Positions 28,651-38,752 of a stretch of 59,535 bases of DNA are shown piece after piece. A model generated the notes under the pieces. It made no database searches. It was not told the origin of the DNA and worked only from the letters and a program-made list of their open reading frames with translations. Positions within the stretch are counted from its first letter, which is position 1; each line of letters begins with the position of its first letter. The translations under genes and the position numbers were made by a program. The DNA lies in contig JBGVTF010000292.1 in assembly GCA_041862415.1 (NCBI GenBank), forward strand, positions 1-59,535, given 5' to 3'. The DNA comes from Anaerolineae bacterium (lineage in GTDB: Bacteria; Chloroflexota; Anaerolineae; E26-bin7).

Positions 28651-31600
28651 ATGAACCAAATGGCACCAGTGTCCAGTAATTTAAGCGACATCGTCGAACG
28701 GAAACATTCGCGCGATGAGGAACTCTTTGCCCTTGATGCCATCGCCGCCTTAGTGAATCGCTCCACTGACCTGGAGGAGATCCTGAATAACACCCTGGTC
28801 ACAGCGTTAGAAGTGACAGAAACGGATGCGGGGGGTATTTTCGTACGGGATGAAGAGACGAACGAGTTGCGTCTCGTTGCCCATAGTGGGCTTTGGCCAG
28901 AGCTTACCCAACGGATCAGGGAATCGCAAGGCGACCAGGGCAGCCTATTCGGACGAGTGGCTCAGAAAGGGAGCCCAATTGTAGTCGAGGACATTGCCAG
29001 GGAACCTGGACTCAGTGATTTAGCGGGTGAGGGACACCAGGCTCTTGTCGGGGTACCCCTCAGCCTGAGAGAGACATTGCTTGGGATGATGATCGTGACC
29101 AGCCACTCTCCTCGCCAGTTCGCCCCCGAGGATATGACGTTCCTCACCTGTGTCAGCAATCAACTAGGGACAGCCTTTGAGAAAATTCGGTTATACCAAG
29201 AAGTTGAGCGCCGTGCTGAAGAAACGGCTGTCCTCCACGATATTGGTGTAGCCACGGCCTCCACTTTGGAGTTATATGAAGCGCTGGAGCTGATCTATGA
29301 GCAGGTGGGGAGAACAATGAAAATCTCCACTTTTTTTGTCGCTCTTTACGATGAGCAGAACGAAGAGCTGAACTTTGAACTGTTTGTTGATAGAGAAAAG
29401 CGTTTGGAGAGATTTAGTGTGCCTCTTGCTGGCCTGACTGGCTGGATCGTTCGCTCGCGGCAACCCCTCCTGATCCACAACCTTGAAGAGGAGAAGGATA
29501 ATCTCCCGGCCGAAGCCATGATGATAGGTGAAGAACACAGCAAGTCCTGGCTGGGAGTGCCCCTTATGGTCAAGGACTATGTGATCGGTGCCATCTCCGT
29601 GCAAAGCTATCAGCCCCACGCCTTCGACGAGGGGCATGAGCGCCTCCTGGCTGCCATTGCCTCTCAAGCTGCCCTGGTCATTGAGAACGCCCGTCTCTAT
29701 GCCCAGAGCCAGCAGAGAGTAAAAGAGCTTTCGAGCCTCTTTCAAGCTGGCGTCGCCACATCATACAGCCTGGAAGTCGAGGAGGTGTTGCGCAACCTGG
29801 CCAGACGGGTGGGCCGGGTCGTTGATGCCACCAGTGTCTGTATTTGGGATGGGAACCCAGAAACCCAGACAGCCACCCTCCTGGCGCACCATACTGGACC
29901 TGAGGCTACAGAACGGGAACGCATCTCTCGTCTCGGCGCGACCTATTCCATATCGGATTGCCCCATTACCCTGGGAGTGCTACGCACCCGCCAACCGCTG
30001 AGCATCAGCGTCAGTGACCCTCATACAGGTGAAGGTGACAAGGCACGCCTGCTGGAATTGGGTGGAAAAACGTCTCTGATAGTACCCTTGATGACAAGGG
30101 ATAGAATCATCGGTTTCATTGATCTATTGGAAAGTCGCCGGGAGCGACAGTTCGACCACAGGGAGACTCGCCTATGCCAGACTATAGCCAACCAGGCAGC
30201 TATTGCCGTTGAGAACGCTTGGCTGTACGAGGGCGAACGGAAAAGGGTAGCTCAGCTCAAAACCATTGGCGAGGTAGGACGGCAGATTGCTTCGATGCTG
30301 GACCTGGATGAGCTGTTGCATCAGGTGGTTAACTCCCTGGTTGACGTTTTCGCTTATTACAGTGCCAGTATTTTCTTGGTAGACGCTGATGTGGGAGAGA
30401 TTGTCCTCCAAGCCAGTGCTTGCCATCACAGGCAGATAGACGAGGGGCTCCGGCTCAAGATCAGTGAGGAAGGGATCACGAGCTGGGTGGCTCAAGCAGG
30501 TGAGCCCCTTCTGGTCAACGATGTAGCTAAGGACCCTCGCTATCGTTTCGTGGAAGAACTGAGTGACACGAGATCAGAGTTGGCTGTCCCCATCAGGGCC
30601 AAGGGAGATATCATAGGTGTACTGGATGTGCAAAGCACCCAACTCAACGCTTTTGACGCAGAGGACCTCTTCACCCTCTTGACCTTGGCCGATCAAGTCT
30701 CTGTGGCCATCGAGAACGCCCAACTGTACAGGCAAACACAGCACCGCCTGTCCGAGGTCTCTACCCTTTACGCCCTGGCCAAGCAGATGATCAGCAGCCT
30801 TGAGTTGGATGCTGTGCTGGATTCCATCGTCAGTGCGCTAAAGTTGTCCATCAACTGCCGCGCCTGCTCGCTATTTCTCCTCGATAAGAAGAGCCAGATG
30901 CTGGAGATCAAGACTGCGGCCGGAATCAAGCGCAAGTGGCGAAAAGAAGCCAGGCTGAAAGTGGGAGAAGGCATTGCTGGCAAGGTGGCGGCGGAAGCGA
31001 AGCCCCTCTATATTCCTGATACCCGTCAGGATCCGAGCTTCATCCCTTTTGACCCGGCTGTGCGCTCCCTGCTGGTAGTGCCCATGATCAGCAGGGACAA
31101 AGCCATCGGCGCCCTTTGCATCGATGACAACAAGCCAGACGCCTTCAGCCCCGATGACGGGCGGCTTTTGACCATTGCTGCCGCACAAGCGGCCGTAGCC
31201 ATAGAGAATGCTCAGCTCTACGAGAGTTCGAAAAAGAGGGCAGAAGAATTGGCCAAAGCCTACGATGAACTCAAGGCTCTCGGCCAACTTCAACAAGAGT
31301 TCGTGCAGAATGTGTCCCATGAACTGCGCACCCCTTTGACTTTTATTAAAAGCTATGTGGAGTTGATCCTAGAGGAGGCAATGGGCGAGCTCAATGAGTC
31401 GCAACGGAATAGTCTGCAGATTGTGGCCCAGCGCGCAGATGCCATGACGCGTCTCATCAACAACATCCTCTCCTTGCAACAAGTTGAAATGGAGTCTCTG
31501 CGGCCGACTCGTGTGTCTCTGGCCGAAGTGGCAACGACGGTTTTGGAAAGCGCGGAGGCAGCAGCTACCAAAGCTGGCATCGTCTTAAAGGCGGAGATGC

Positions 31601-32001
31601 CAGAGACTTTGCCTCCCGTGTTGGTTGATCGCAATTGCCTTGAACAAGTCTTCGATAATCTCTTGGGCAATGCCATCAAATTCAGCCCCGATGGGGGTAA
31701 AATCACCGTGTGCATCAGGGAGGAAGGCGAATATTTGCGCGTAGCAGTCTCTGACACGGGTATCGGCATCGCCAATGACCAGTTGGAGAGGATTTTTGAA
31801 CGTTTCTACCAGGTCAATGGCCGCCCTATTCGACATTTCGGTGGCTCCGGTCTTGGACTGGCTTTGGTTAAGAAGGCCATTGAAGTTCACGGAGGGAAAG
31901 TATGGGCTGAGAGCCGGTTGGAACAGGGCAGCACTTTCTTTTTCACCCTGCCCATCCTGAAAGATGAGGAAGGAGCAGAAGGAGGCAAGGAAGCGCCGTG
32001 A
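28651..32001 (+). CDS. Cytoplasmic sensor histidine kinase with five GAF domains
   Basis: Five repeats ending in (I/V/F)E(N/K)xxLY; HisKA SHELRTPL; HATPase NAIKFS, DTGIG, GGSGLGL. Confidence 0.93.
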   Translation: MNQMAPVSSNLSDIVERKHSRDEELFALDAIAALVNRSTDLEEILNNTLVTALEVTETDAGGIFVRDEETNELRLVAHSGLWPELTQRIRESQGDQGSLFGRVAQKGSPIVVEDIAREPGLSDLAGEGHQALVGVPLSLRETLLGMMIVTSHSPRQFAPEDMTFLTCVSNQLGTAFEKIRLYQEVERRAEETAVLHDIGVATASTLELYEALELIYEQVGRTMKISTFFVALYDEQNEELNFELFVDREKRLERFSVPLAGLTGWIVRSRQPLLIHNLEEEKDNLPAEAMMIGEEHSKSWLGVPLMVKDYVIGAISVQSYQPHAFDEGHERLLAAIASQAALVIENARLYAQSQQRVKELSSLFQAGVATSYSLEVEEVLRNLARRVGRVVDATSVCIWDGNPETQTATLLAHHTGPEATERERISRLGATYSISDCPITLGVLRTRQPLSISVSDPHTGEGDKARLLELGGKTSLIVPLMTRDRIIGFIDLLESRRERQFDHRETRLCQTIANQAAIAVENAWLYEGERKRVAQLKTIGEVGRQIASMLDLDELLHQVVNSLVDVFAYYSASIFLVDADVGEIVLQASACHHRQIDEGLRLKISEEGITSWVAQAGEPLLVNDVAKDPRYRFVEELSDTRSELAVPIRAKGDIIGVLDVQSTQLNAFDAEDLFTLLTLADQVSVAIENAQLYRQTQHRLSEVSTLYALAKQMISSLELDAVLDSIVSALKLSINCRACSLFLLDKKSQMLEIKTAAGIKRKWRKEARLKVGEGIAGKVAAEAKPLYIPDTRQDPSFIPFDPAVRSLLVVPMISRDKAIGALCIDDNKPDAFSPDDGRLLTIAAAQAAVAIENAQLYESSKKRAEELAKAYDELKALGQLQQEFVQNVSHELRTPLTFIKSYVELILEEAMGELNESQRNSLQIVAQRADAMTRLINNILSLQQVEMESLRPTRVSLAEVATTVLESAEAAATKAGIVLKAEMPETLPPVLVDRNCLEQVFDNLLGNAIKFSPDGGKITVCIREEGEYLRVAVSDTGIGIANDQLERIFERFYQVNGRPIRHFGGSGLGLALVKKAIEVHGGKVWAESRLEQGSTFFFTLPILKDEEGAEGGKEAP

Positions 32002-32068
32002 CCATCGTAGCTTTCACTGACCCAATGAGGAGATGCTTCTTGAGTAATTTCTACAATCGCAACCGCAA

Positions 32069-33205
32069 ATGTCGGATTTGAACGAGTATAGAACCTCACT
32101 CAAGATCAAACGAAGAAAAAGCTTACGCGAGACCTTACAGAATTTGCCCAAGGTGGATTTGCATCGGCATTTGGAAGGCTCTCTCCGTCTGTCTACTTTG
32201 GCCGAAATCGCTTGTGAACACGGTGTAGACCTGCCCAGTTACGAGATTGAAGAGTTACGACCTTACGTTCAGGTAACCACCGATGAGCCGCCAGGTTTTC
32301 ATACTTTCCTGGAAAAGTTCAGCTTCCTGGCTCGTTTCTACTCCAAGTTGGAGTGCATTGACCGCATCTCTTACGAGGCTGTGGCCGACGCTGCCCAGGA
32401 TAATGTCAAGTACCTGGAGCTCCGTTTCAATCCGGTCACCTTGGCTTTGAGCCAGGGCTTCTATCTAGAGGAAGTGGTGGAACAGGTTATCAGCGCTGTG
32501 AAAAAGGCCGAACAAGATTTCGACGTCACGGTAAAGCTGCTGACTACCATCCGCCGGGACTACGACCAAGACACCTCCAGCCGTATGGTTGACATAGCCA
32601 TCCACTACGCTGATCAGAGCATCGTCGGGCTCGATCTCGCTGGCGACGAGGTCCACTACTCAGCCCAGCCTTTCGCCGAACTCTTCAACAAAGCCAAAGA
32701 GGCGGGATTGGGCATCACCGTCCACGCTGGCGAGGCCGCAGGGGCCGAGAGCGTGCGCACAGCGATAGAACTTTTGAGAGCAGATCGTATCGGCCACGGC
32801 GTAAGAGCCAATGAGGACCTGGCAGTTATGGACCTGGTGCGGGAAAGAGGGATCACTTTGGAGATGTGTCCCACTAGCAACATCCAGACAGCAGCAGTCA
32901 AGGCCATCACCAGGCACCCACTGCGCGCTTTCCATCAGATAGGTCTGCCGGTCACCATCAATACCGATGATCCCAGCGTCAGCAATACCACTCTGACTGA
33001 TGAATATGTAGTTGCCGTGCGCGACGTCGGCGTCACCGTGCCGGAGATTAAGCAGATGATTCTGACCGGCGTCCGTGCGGCCTTTTTACGTCAGTCGGAA
33101 AAAGAACAACTGGAAGCAGTGTTCACAGAGCTCCAGGTAACTCCAAATAGGGCCTTCCGGGAGCATAGGAACCTCCGTTGCCGAGGTTTTGGGATAAGCA
33201 CTTGA
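32069..33205 (+). CDS. add: Adenosine deaminase
   Basis: LPKVDLHRHLEGS, GLDLAGDE, HAGE, RIGHG, EMCPTSN, NTDDP. Confidence 0.92.
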   Translation: MSDLNEYRTSLKIKRRKSLRETLQNLPKVDLHRHLEGSLRLSTLAEIACEHGVDLPSYEIEELRPYVQVTTDEPPGFHTFLEKFSFLARFYSKLECIDRISYEAVADAAQDNVKYLELRFNPVTLALSQGFYLEEVVEQVISAVKKAEQDFDVTVKLLTTIRRDYDQDTSSRMVDIAIHYADQSIVGLDLAGDEVHYSAQPFAELFNKAKEAGLGITVHAGEAAGAESVRTAIELLRADRIGHGVRANEDLAVMDLVRERGITLEMCPTSNIQTAAVKAITRHPLRAFHQIGLPVTINTDDPSVSNTTLTDEYVVAVRDVGVTVPEIKQMILTGVRAAFLRQSEKEQLEAVFTELQVTPNRAFREHRNLRCRGFGIST

Positions 33206-33226
33206 CTCAATGAAGAGGAGAAACAA

Positions 33227-33775
33227 ATGATAGAAATCCGCATTCACGGTCGGGGTGGTCAAGGAGCAGTCGTGGCCTCAGAGATGCTGGCCAAGGCCGT
33301 TTTCTACGAAGGCAAGTACGTTCAGTCCTTCCCAGCCTTTGGGGTAGAACGACGGGGGGCGCCCGTGATGGCCTTCACCCGCATTGACGAGAGGCCCATC
33401 CGCAGCCGCACCCAAATCTACGAACCCAACCACATCATGGTCCTCGACCCTACCCTGCTGGAGGTGGTTGACGTCACGGCCGGCCTGAAAGAGGATGGCT
33501 GGATCCTCATCAACAGCGTGGACCCGCCAGAGGCCTTCGATTTCCCGGGCAAGTATAGGGTAGCCGCTGTTGATGCCAACACCATCGCCATCAAGTACCG
33601 TCTGGGACCCCGTAACGCGCCCATCGTTAACACGGCCATTCTGGGAGCTTTCTCCCGCATCACGGGCATTGCGCAGTTGGAATCGGTGATAGAGGCCGTG
33701 CGGGCATCGGTGCCCGTTAACCCCGACGGCAATGTAGCCGCCGTCAAAGAGGCTTACGAACTGGTAACAGACTGA
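33227..33775 (+). CDS. 2-oxoacid:acceptor oxidoreductase gamma subunit
   Basis: EIRIHGRGGQG, FGVERRGAPV, NTAILGA. Confidence 0.93.
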   Translation: MIEIRIHGRGGQGAVVASEMLAKAVFYEGKYVQSFPAFGVERRGAPVMAFTRIDERPIRSRTQIYEPNHIMVLDPTLLEVVDVTAGLKEDGWILINSVDPPEAFDFPGKYRVAAVDANTIAIKYRLGPRNAPIVNTAILGAFSRITGIAQLESVIEAVRASVPVNPDGNVAAVKEAYELVTD

Positions 33776-33824
33776 GCTCATATCTCAGCGAGCTTACAAT
33801 CCCAATGGAGGGACCCAACAAGTT

Positions 33825-35558
33825 ATGGAAGAAGAAGCAAGAATCATCATTTTCAAGAGCGAAGCCGAGATGCCAACCATGGCTGCTTCGCTGGCCAGTA
33901 CCCTTTACAACAAGACGGGTTCCTGGCGCTATATGCGCCCCCTGTATGTGGACAAGACGCCACCCTGCAATGACGCCTGCCCAGCCGGGGAGGACATCGT
34001 CGGCTACCTGGATTTGATCCGCCAGGGACGCTACCGAGAAGGCTGGGAGCTCATCATGCAGGAGAACCCCTTCCCTGGAGTCTGCGGGCGGGTATGTCCC
34101 CACCCCTGCGAAAGCCAGTGCAACCGCACCGAGTTGGGGGGAGCCATCGCCATCCACATCCAGGAGCGCTTCTTGGCGGATTGGGCTTATGAGAAGGAAC
34201 TGAAGGGCATCCCTTCAGTTTCTCCAGACCCCTCAGCCCCCTCTGTAGCGGTCATTGGCTCTGGCCCAGCGGGGCTCTCCTGTGCCTACCAGTTTGCTCG
34301 CAAGGGCTACCCCGTCACCGTCTTCGAGGCCAGGGACAAACCGGGCGGCATGATGCGCCTCATTCCCGAATACCGTCTGCCCGGTCAGATCCTCGACCGC
34401 GAGATCGCAGCCATCGAGTCCCTGGGCGTGGAGATCAGGACAGGCGTTCAGTTGGGCAGGGACCTTTCGCTGGACGACCTCAAGGATTACCAGGCCATCT
34501 TCCTGGCTGTGGGCCAGAGCGTGAGCCGGAAATTAGGTGTGCACGCCGAGGATGCCGCAGGCGTCCTCCACGGCATCGAATTCCTGCGCCGGCTGGCTCA
34601 AGGTGAGAAACCATCGCTGGGTTCCAGAGTGGCCGTCATCGGAGGCGGCAACACAGCCCTAGACGCCGCCCGCTCGGCCTGTCGCCTGGGAGCCAAGACC
34701 TCCATCCTTTATCGCCGTTCGCGCCACGAGATGCCGGCCCTAGATGAGGAAATTGAGGAGGCTCTGGAGGAAGGCGTTCAGATTGAATACCTGGTAGCGC
34801 CAGTGGAGGTGCTGATAGAGAAGGGCAAAGTCAGTGGCCTGAAGTGTACCAGAATGGAATTAGGCAAGCCCGACGAAAGCGGACGGCGGCGGCCGATACC
34901 CGTTCCGGGCTCTGAGCACACCATCGAGGTGGACACCGTCATCCCCGCCTTGGGCCAGGTAGCTGACCTCGCCTTCCTGGGGAAGGACATCAAGGCTGAG
35001 AGGGAGCGCATCGTCATTGATGACAGCGGGGCCACCACCTGCCCGCCCATCTTCGCCGGGGGCGATGTGGCTACAGGCTACGGCACAGTGACCCACGCCG
35101 TGGGCTCCGGCAAGCGGGCTGCCCTGGCCATTGACCGCCTGCTCCGAGGCGAGACGCTGCAGGGCTTCCCACCTCTGGACCGCAACGTGCACGCCGTGCC
35201 CAGGGACGTGGATCATGCCGTGGTGGGCTTTGAAGACCTGAACCTGGCCTACTTCGAGGAGGAACCCCGCCCCAGGCAGGCACAGGCTCCTGCTAAAAGG
35301 CGGGCAAAGGACTTTACCGAAGTCAACCGGGGCTTTGACGAGGAGATGGCCGTGGCCGAGGCTGCCCGCTGCTTCAGTTGCGGCACCTGCAACCAGTGTG
35401 ACAACTGCCTCATCTTTTGCCCCGACATGGCCGTGCTGCGCGATGGCGAGAGGCCCTACGTCTTTGACTATGACTACTGCAAGGGATGTGGCATCTGCTT
35501 CACCGAATGTCCGCGGCGAGCTATTTGCTTCGAGGAGGAAGTAAAATGGAAAAAGTAG
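33825..35558 (+). CDS. Delta-type ferredoxin subunit containing a GltD/NfnB-like FAD/NADP oxidoreductase
   Basis: N-terminal TGSWRYMRP; CNDACP..CGRVCPHPCE; GSGPAG; GGGNTA; YRRSR; C-terminal RCFSC, CNQCDNC..CP, CKGCGIC..CP. Confidence 0.88.
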   Translation: MEEEARIIIFKSEAEMPTMAASLASTLYNKTGSWRYMRPLYVDKTPPCNDACPAGEDIVGYLDLIRQGRYREGWELIMQENPFPGVCGRVCPHPCESQCNRTELGGAIAIHIQERFLADWAYEKELKGIPSVSPDPSAPSVAVIGSGPAGLSCAYQFARKGYPVTVFEARDKPGGMMRLIPEYRLPGQILDREIAAIESLGVEIRTGVQLGRDLSLDDLKDYQAIFLAVGQSVSRKLGVHAEDAAGVLHGIEFLRRLAQGEKPSLGSRVAVIGGGNTALDAARSACRLGAKTSILYRRSRHEMPALDEEIEEALEEGVQIEYLVAPVEVLIEKGKVSGLKCTRMELGKPDESGRRRPIPVPGSEHTIEVDTVIPALGQVADLAFLGKDIKAERERIVIDDSGATTCPPIFAGGDVATGYGTVTHAVGSGKRAALAIDRLLRGETLQGFPPLDRNVHAVPRDVDHAVVGFEDLNLAYFEEEPRPRQAQAPAKRRAKDFTEVNRGFDEEMAVAEAARCFSCGTCNQCDNCLIFCPDMAVLRDGERPYVFDYDYCKGCGICFTECPRRAICFEEEVKWKK

Positions 35559-36706
35559 TGACAGGCAATTACGCTGTCTCCTGGGGAGCCAGGCTGTCGC
35601 GAGTACAAGTCATCGCTGCTTATCCCATCACTCCCCAGACTTCTATCATCGAGTTGCTGGCTAACTTTTGCGCCGATGGTGAGTTGGATGCCCGTTTCAT
35701 CAAAGTGGAATCGGAGCACTCGGCCATGGCCGCCTGCATCGGGGCCTCGGCCACGGGGGCACGGGCCTTCACCGCCACTTCAGGCCAGGGGCTCTTGCTG
35801 ATGCACGAACTGATCCACTGGGCGGCCGGGGCACGACTGCCCATCGTCATGGGCACCGTGAACCGCGCCGTGGGCCCTGGTTGGAGCGTCTGGACCGAGC
35901 AGAACGATACCCTCTCCCAGCGGGACACCGGCTGGCTGCAATACTATTGCGAGGCCAACCAGGAAACGCTGGATACCGTCATCCAGGCCTACAAGGTAGC
36001 CGAGCGCGTCCTCCTACCGGTCATGGTCATCCTCGACGCCTTTGTGCTTTCCCATACCTCCGAGGCGGTGGACATTCCTGACCAGGACCAGGTAGATAGT
36101 TTCCTGCCGCCCTACCGCCCTGAGTTGAAGCTGGACATCAATGACCCTCACGCCTTTGGACCAATCGTAACCCCTGAGCATTACATGGAGATGCGCTACA
36201 AGATGCAGAAAGCCATGGAAGAGGCAGTGTCCGTAGCACAGGAGGTGGATAAGGAGTTCGGAGAGGTCTTTGGGCGACGCTACGGCCTGGTGGAGCCCTA
36301 CCGTCTGGAGGGCGCTGAGGTGGCCCTGGTCACCTCGGGCACGATCACCAGCACCTCGCGCGAGGTCATAGATGAGCTACGGGAGCAAGGGGTGAAGGTG
36401 GGACTGCTCAAAGTGCGCCTCTTCCGCCCCTTCCCGGCCGTGGCTGTGCGCCAGGCCCTGGCTGGTATTCCCAAAGTAGCCGTCATAGACCGCAACATCT
36501 CCTTCGGCCACGGCGGCATCTTTGCGCAGGAGGTAAAGTCGGCCCTCTACAACGTAGACGGAACGCACCGGCCACCGATCTTTGGCTTCATCGCTGGCCT
36601 GGGCGGCCGCGACGTCACCCCTGAGCCCATCAAAGAGATCATCAACACCACCTTGGCCAACGATGCCCCGCCGCAGGAGATTTTATGGATAGGAGTGAAG
36701 AAATGA
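35546..36706 (+). CDS. porA: 2-oxoacid:acceptor oxidoreductase alpha subunit
   Basis: YPITPQT, VESEHSA, TATSGQG, RLFRPFP, GLGGRD. Confidence 0.9.
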   Translation: MEKVVTGNYAVSWGARLSRVQVIAAYPITPQTSIIELLANFCADGELDARFIKVESEHSAMAACIGASATGARAFTATSGQGLLLMHELIHWAAGARLPIVMGTVNRAVGPGWSVWTEQNDTLSQRDTGWLQYYCEANQETLDTVIQAYKVAERVLLPVMVILDAFVLSHTSEAVDIPDQDQVDSFLPPYRPELKLDINDPHAFGPIVTPEHYMEMRYKMQKAMEEAVSVAQEVDKEFGEVFGRRYGLVEPYRLEGAEVALVTSGTITSTSREVIDELREQGVKVGLLKVRLFRPFPAVAVRQALAGIPKVAVIDRNISFGHGGIFAQEVKSALYNVDGTHRPPIFGFIAGLGGRDVTPEPIKEIINTTLANDAPPQEILWIGVKK

Positions 36707-37614
36707 ACCAGGTAGCGACGATTCCGAGCACGAAAAACTTTGTGATCCCCGAGGAGGAAGTGACGTATTCCGGCAGTGTATCCTGCCCGGGCTGTGGGGC
36801 GGCTCTGGCCATGCGCTACGCCCTGAAGGCTGTGGGCGACAGGACCATCGTAGTCATCCCCGCCTGTTGCTGGTCCATCATCGCCGGACCTTTCCCTTAC
36901 TCGTCGTTGAAAGTGCCCATCTACCACACCGCCTTCGAGACGGCCGCTTCCCTCTCTTCGGGGATACGGGCCGCTCTGGACGTGCAGGGCGATACCGAGA
37001 TCACGGTGCTGGCCTGGGCGGGCGATGGAGGGACCTTTGACATCGGCTTCCAGGCCCTTTCTGGCGCAGTGGAGCGCAACGACGATTTCATCTACACTTG
37101 CTACGACAACGAGGCCTACATGAACACAGGCATCCAACGCAGTTCGGCCACGCCCTGGATGGCCTGGACGACCACCACCCCTGTGGAACATCCCAAGGAC
37201 GAACCCAAAAAGGATATGGTGGCCATCATGGCCGCCCACAGGATCCCCTACACGGCCACGGCCACCCTGGCCTACCCCGAGGACTTTATTGCCAAGTTCA
37301 AGAAGGCCAAGAGCATCCGCGGGGCCAAGTTCATCCACGTGCTATCACCCTGTCCGCCGGGCTGGAAGGCCGAGGCCAGCAATTCCATCAGGCTCACCCG
37401 CCTGGCCGTGCAGTCCAAAATCTTTCCCCTCTACGAGGTTGAGAATGGGGAGAGATATACCATCACCGTCTGGCCCAAGAAGTCTGTGCCAGTAGGTGAG
37501 TATCTGAAGCTCCAGGGCCGCTTCCGCCATCTATCGGCCGAAAACATTCAGGCCATTCAGGAGCGCGTGGATCGGGAGTGGGAGAAGTTGGTGAGGAACG
37601 CGGAGAGAGGGTAG
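36703..37614 (+). CDS. porB: 2-oxoacid:acceptor oxidoreductase beta subunit (TPP-binding)
   Basis: CPGCG, AGDGGTFDIG, YDNEAYMNTG, SPCPPGW. Confidence 0.9.
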   Translation: MNQVATIPSTKNFVIPEEEVTYSGSVSCPGCGAALAMRYALKAVGDRTIVVIPACCWSIIAGPFPYSSLKVPIYHTAFETAASLSSGIRAALDVQGDTEITVLAWAGDGGTFDIGFQALSGAVERNDDFIYTCYDNEAYMNTGIQRSSATPWMAWTTTTPVEHPKDEPKKDMVAIMAAHRIPYTATATLAYPEDFIAKFKKAKSIRGAKFIHVLSPCPPGWKAEASNSIRLTRLAVQSKIFPLYEVENGERYTITVWPKKSVPVGEYLKLQGRFRHLSAENIQAIQERVDREWEKLVRNAERG

Positions 37615-37821
37615 GTGTGAGATGGCTGGGACCCGTGTAGAGGGTCTGAAGGGAAGTCAGAGTGCATTTTCGGTGGCGTGAACCTGTATATCGTCAGTGA
37701 GGGCATCACCTGATCCGACGGTGGCGGCCCCTTCGAGCTGGTGCCCATTTGACAACGAGTCGCAGGTGCCAATAGGCTATCAGCGGAAGGGGAATGGGAA
37801 GTTCAAGGTGGAGCCGACATA

Positions 37822-37858
37822 AAAAGTGAAGGGGGCGCTGAAGGCCCCCTTCACTTTT
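37822..37858. terminator. Bidirectional terminator between convergent operons
   Basis: AAAAGTGAAGGGGGC..GCCCCCTTCACTTTT. Confidence 0.8.
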
Positions 37859-37872
37859 GGATGCAATTCGCT

Positions 37873-38739
37873 CTAGCTTCCCTCCCATTCTTTGACCGCA
37901 GCCTTGATGAGATCGCGTACGGCAGGGTCGGACACCTCGTCTGATCTGGAAAAGTACTGCCCACCAACTTGGATCTGCAAGCCTCCGTCAGGACCGGTTC
38001 TGACGTGCACCTCCTTGCCCAGAGGTATCGGAGCGGTGCTGATCATCCGCTGCAAAATCTCCTCAATTTCGTCAATGAAAGTGCCCCCGGTTCCTGTTCC
38101 CTCTGCAGCCACCGGTGGTTTCCGTCTTCGAAAGAAACCCATTGGGCCCGGCCGTGCTTCCCTTGCTGGGGTTTTGCCAAACTGAAGGTCTCCTTCTCGC
38201 AAACGGCGTAGGAAGGCCTCTTCATCGCTGCCAGGGGGTTCCACAGCCTGGGGAGGGCTTGCAGGCTCTACAACCCGTGGCTGAGAGGGCCTTTCCCCAG
38301 TGGAAGCCGAAGTGAGAACAGACTTGGTGGCCCATTGCCCCCTGACAATGCCGCCTGTGAACTTGATCAGGTCGGCTATGGTTTCCAGAACCTGGTTGCC
38401 TATCCTGCCATCCCGTATCTCCGTCAACCGCCTGTATCGGTTTCCTTCTACCTCAACGATGATAGTCCCTGTATCCTCGTCGCGCAGGACGCGCATGATC
38501 TCTCTCCCCCCCATAGGCAAAGACCTCCTTTCCGTGACGTCTCCAGCGGTTGGCCAGGGCTCCGAGAGTTCCTCTGAGGGTTCCACCGCAAACTGGACGC
38601 TGGGCCGCTTCCCTTTGCTCTCTTTCTTGACGCTGGGGCCCGCTATGTAATTTACCAGCCACACCAAGATCACAAAGATGCCGATGATGAGCAGAACCAG
38701 TATCGTCAACAGCACCTCTGGACTAGCAGTAACAACCAT
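37873..38739 (-). CDS. Hypothetical N-terminally anchored membrane protein
   Basis: One TM followed by two similar small domains (GxIxVxVxG..Y); coding-like composition. Confidence 0.75.
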   Translation of the reverse strand: MVVTASPEVLLTILVLLIIGIFVILVWLVNYIAGPSVKKESKGKRPSVQFAVEPSEELSEPWPTAGDVTERRSLPMGGREIMRVLRDEDTGTIIVEVEGNRYRRLTEIRDGRIGNQVLETIADLIKFTGGIVRGQWATKSVLTSASTGERPSQPRVVEPASPPQAVEPPGSDEEAFLRRLREGDLQFGKTPAREARPGPMGFFRRRKPPVAAEGTGTGGTFIDEIEEILQRMISTAPIPLGKEVHVRTGPDGGLQIQVGGQYFSRSDEVSDPAVRDLIKAAVKEWEGS

Positions 38740-38752
38740 TTGTCTTTCCCTC

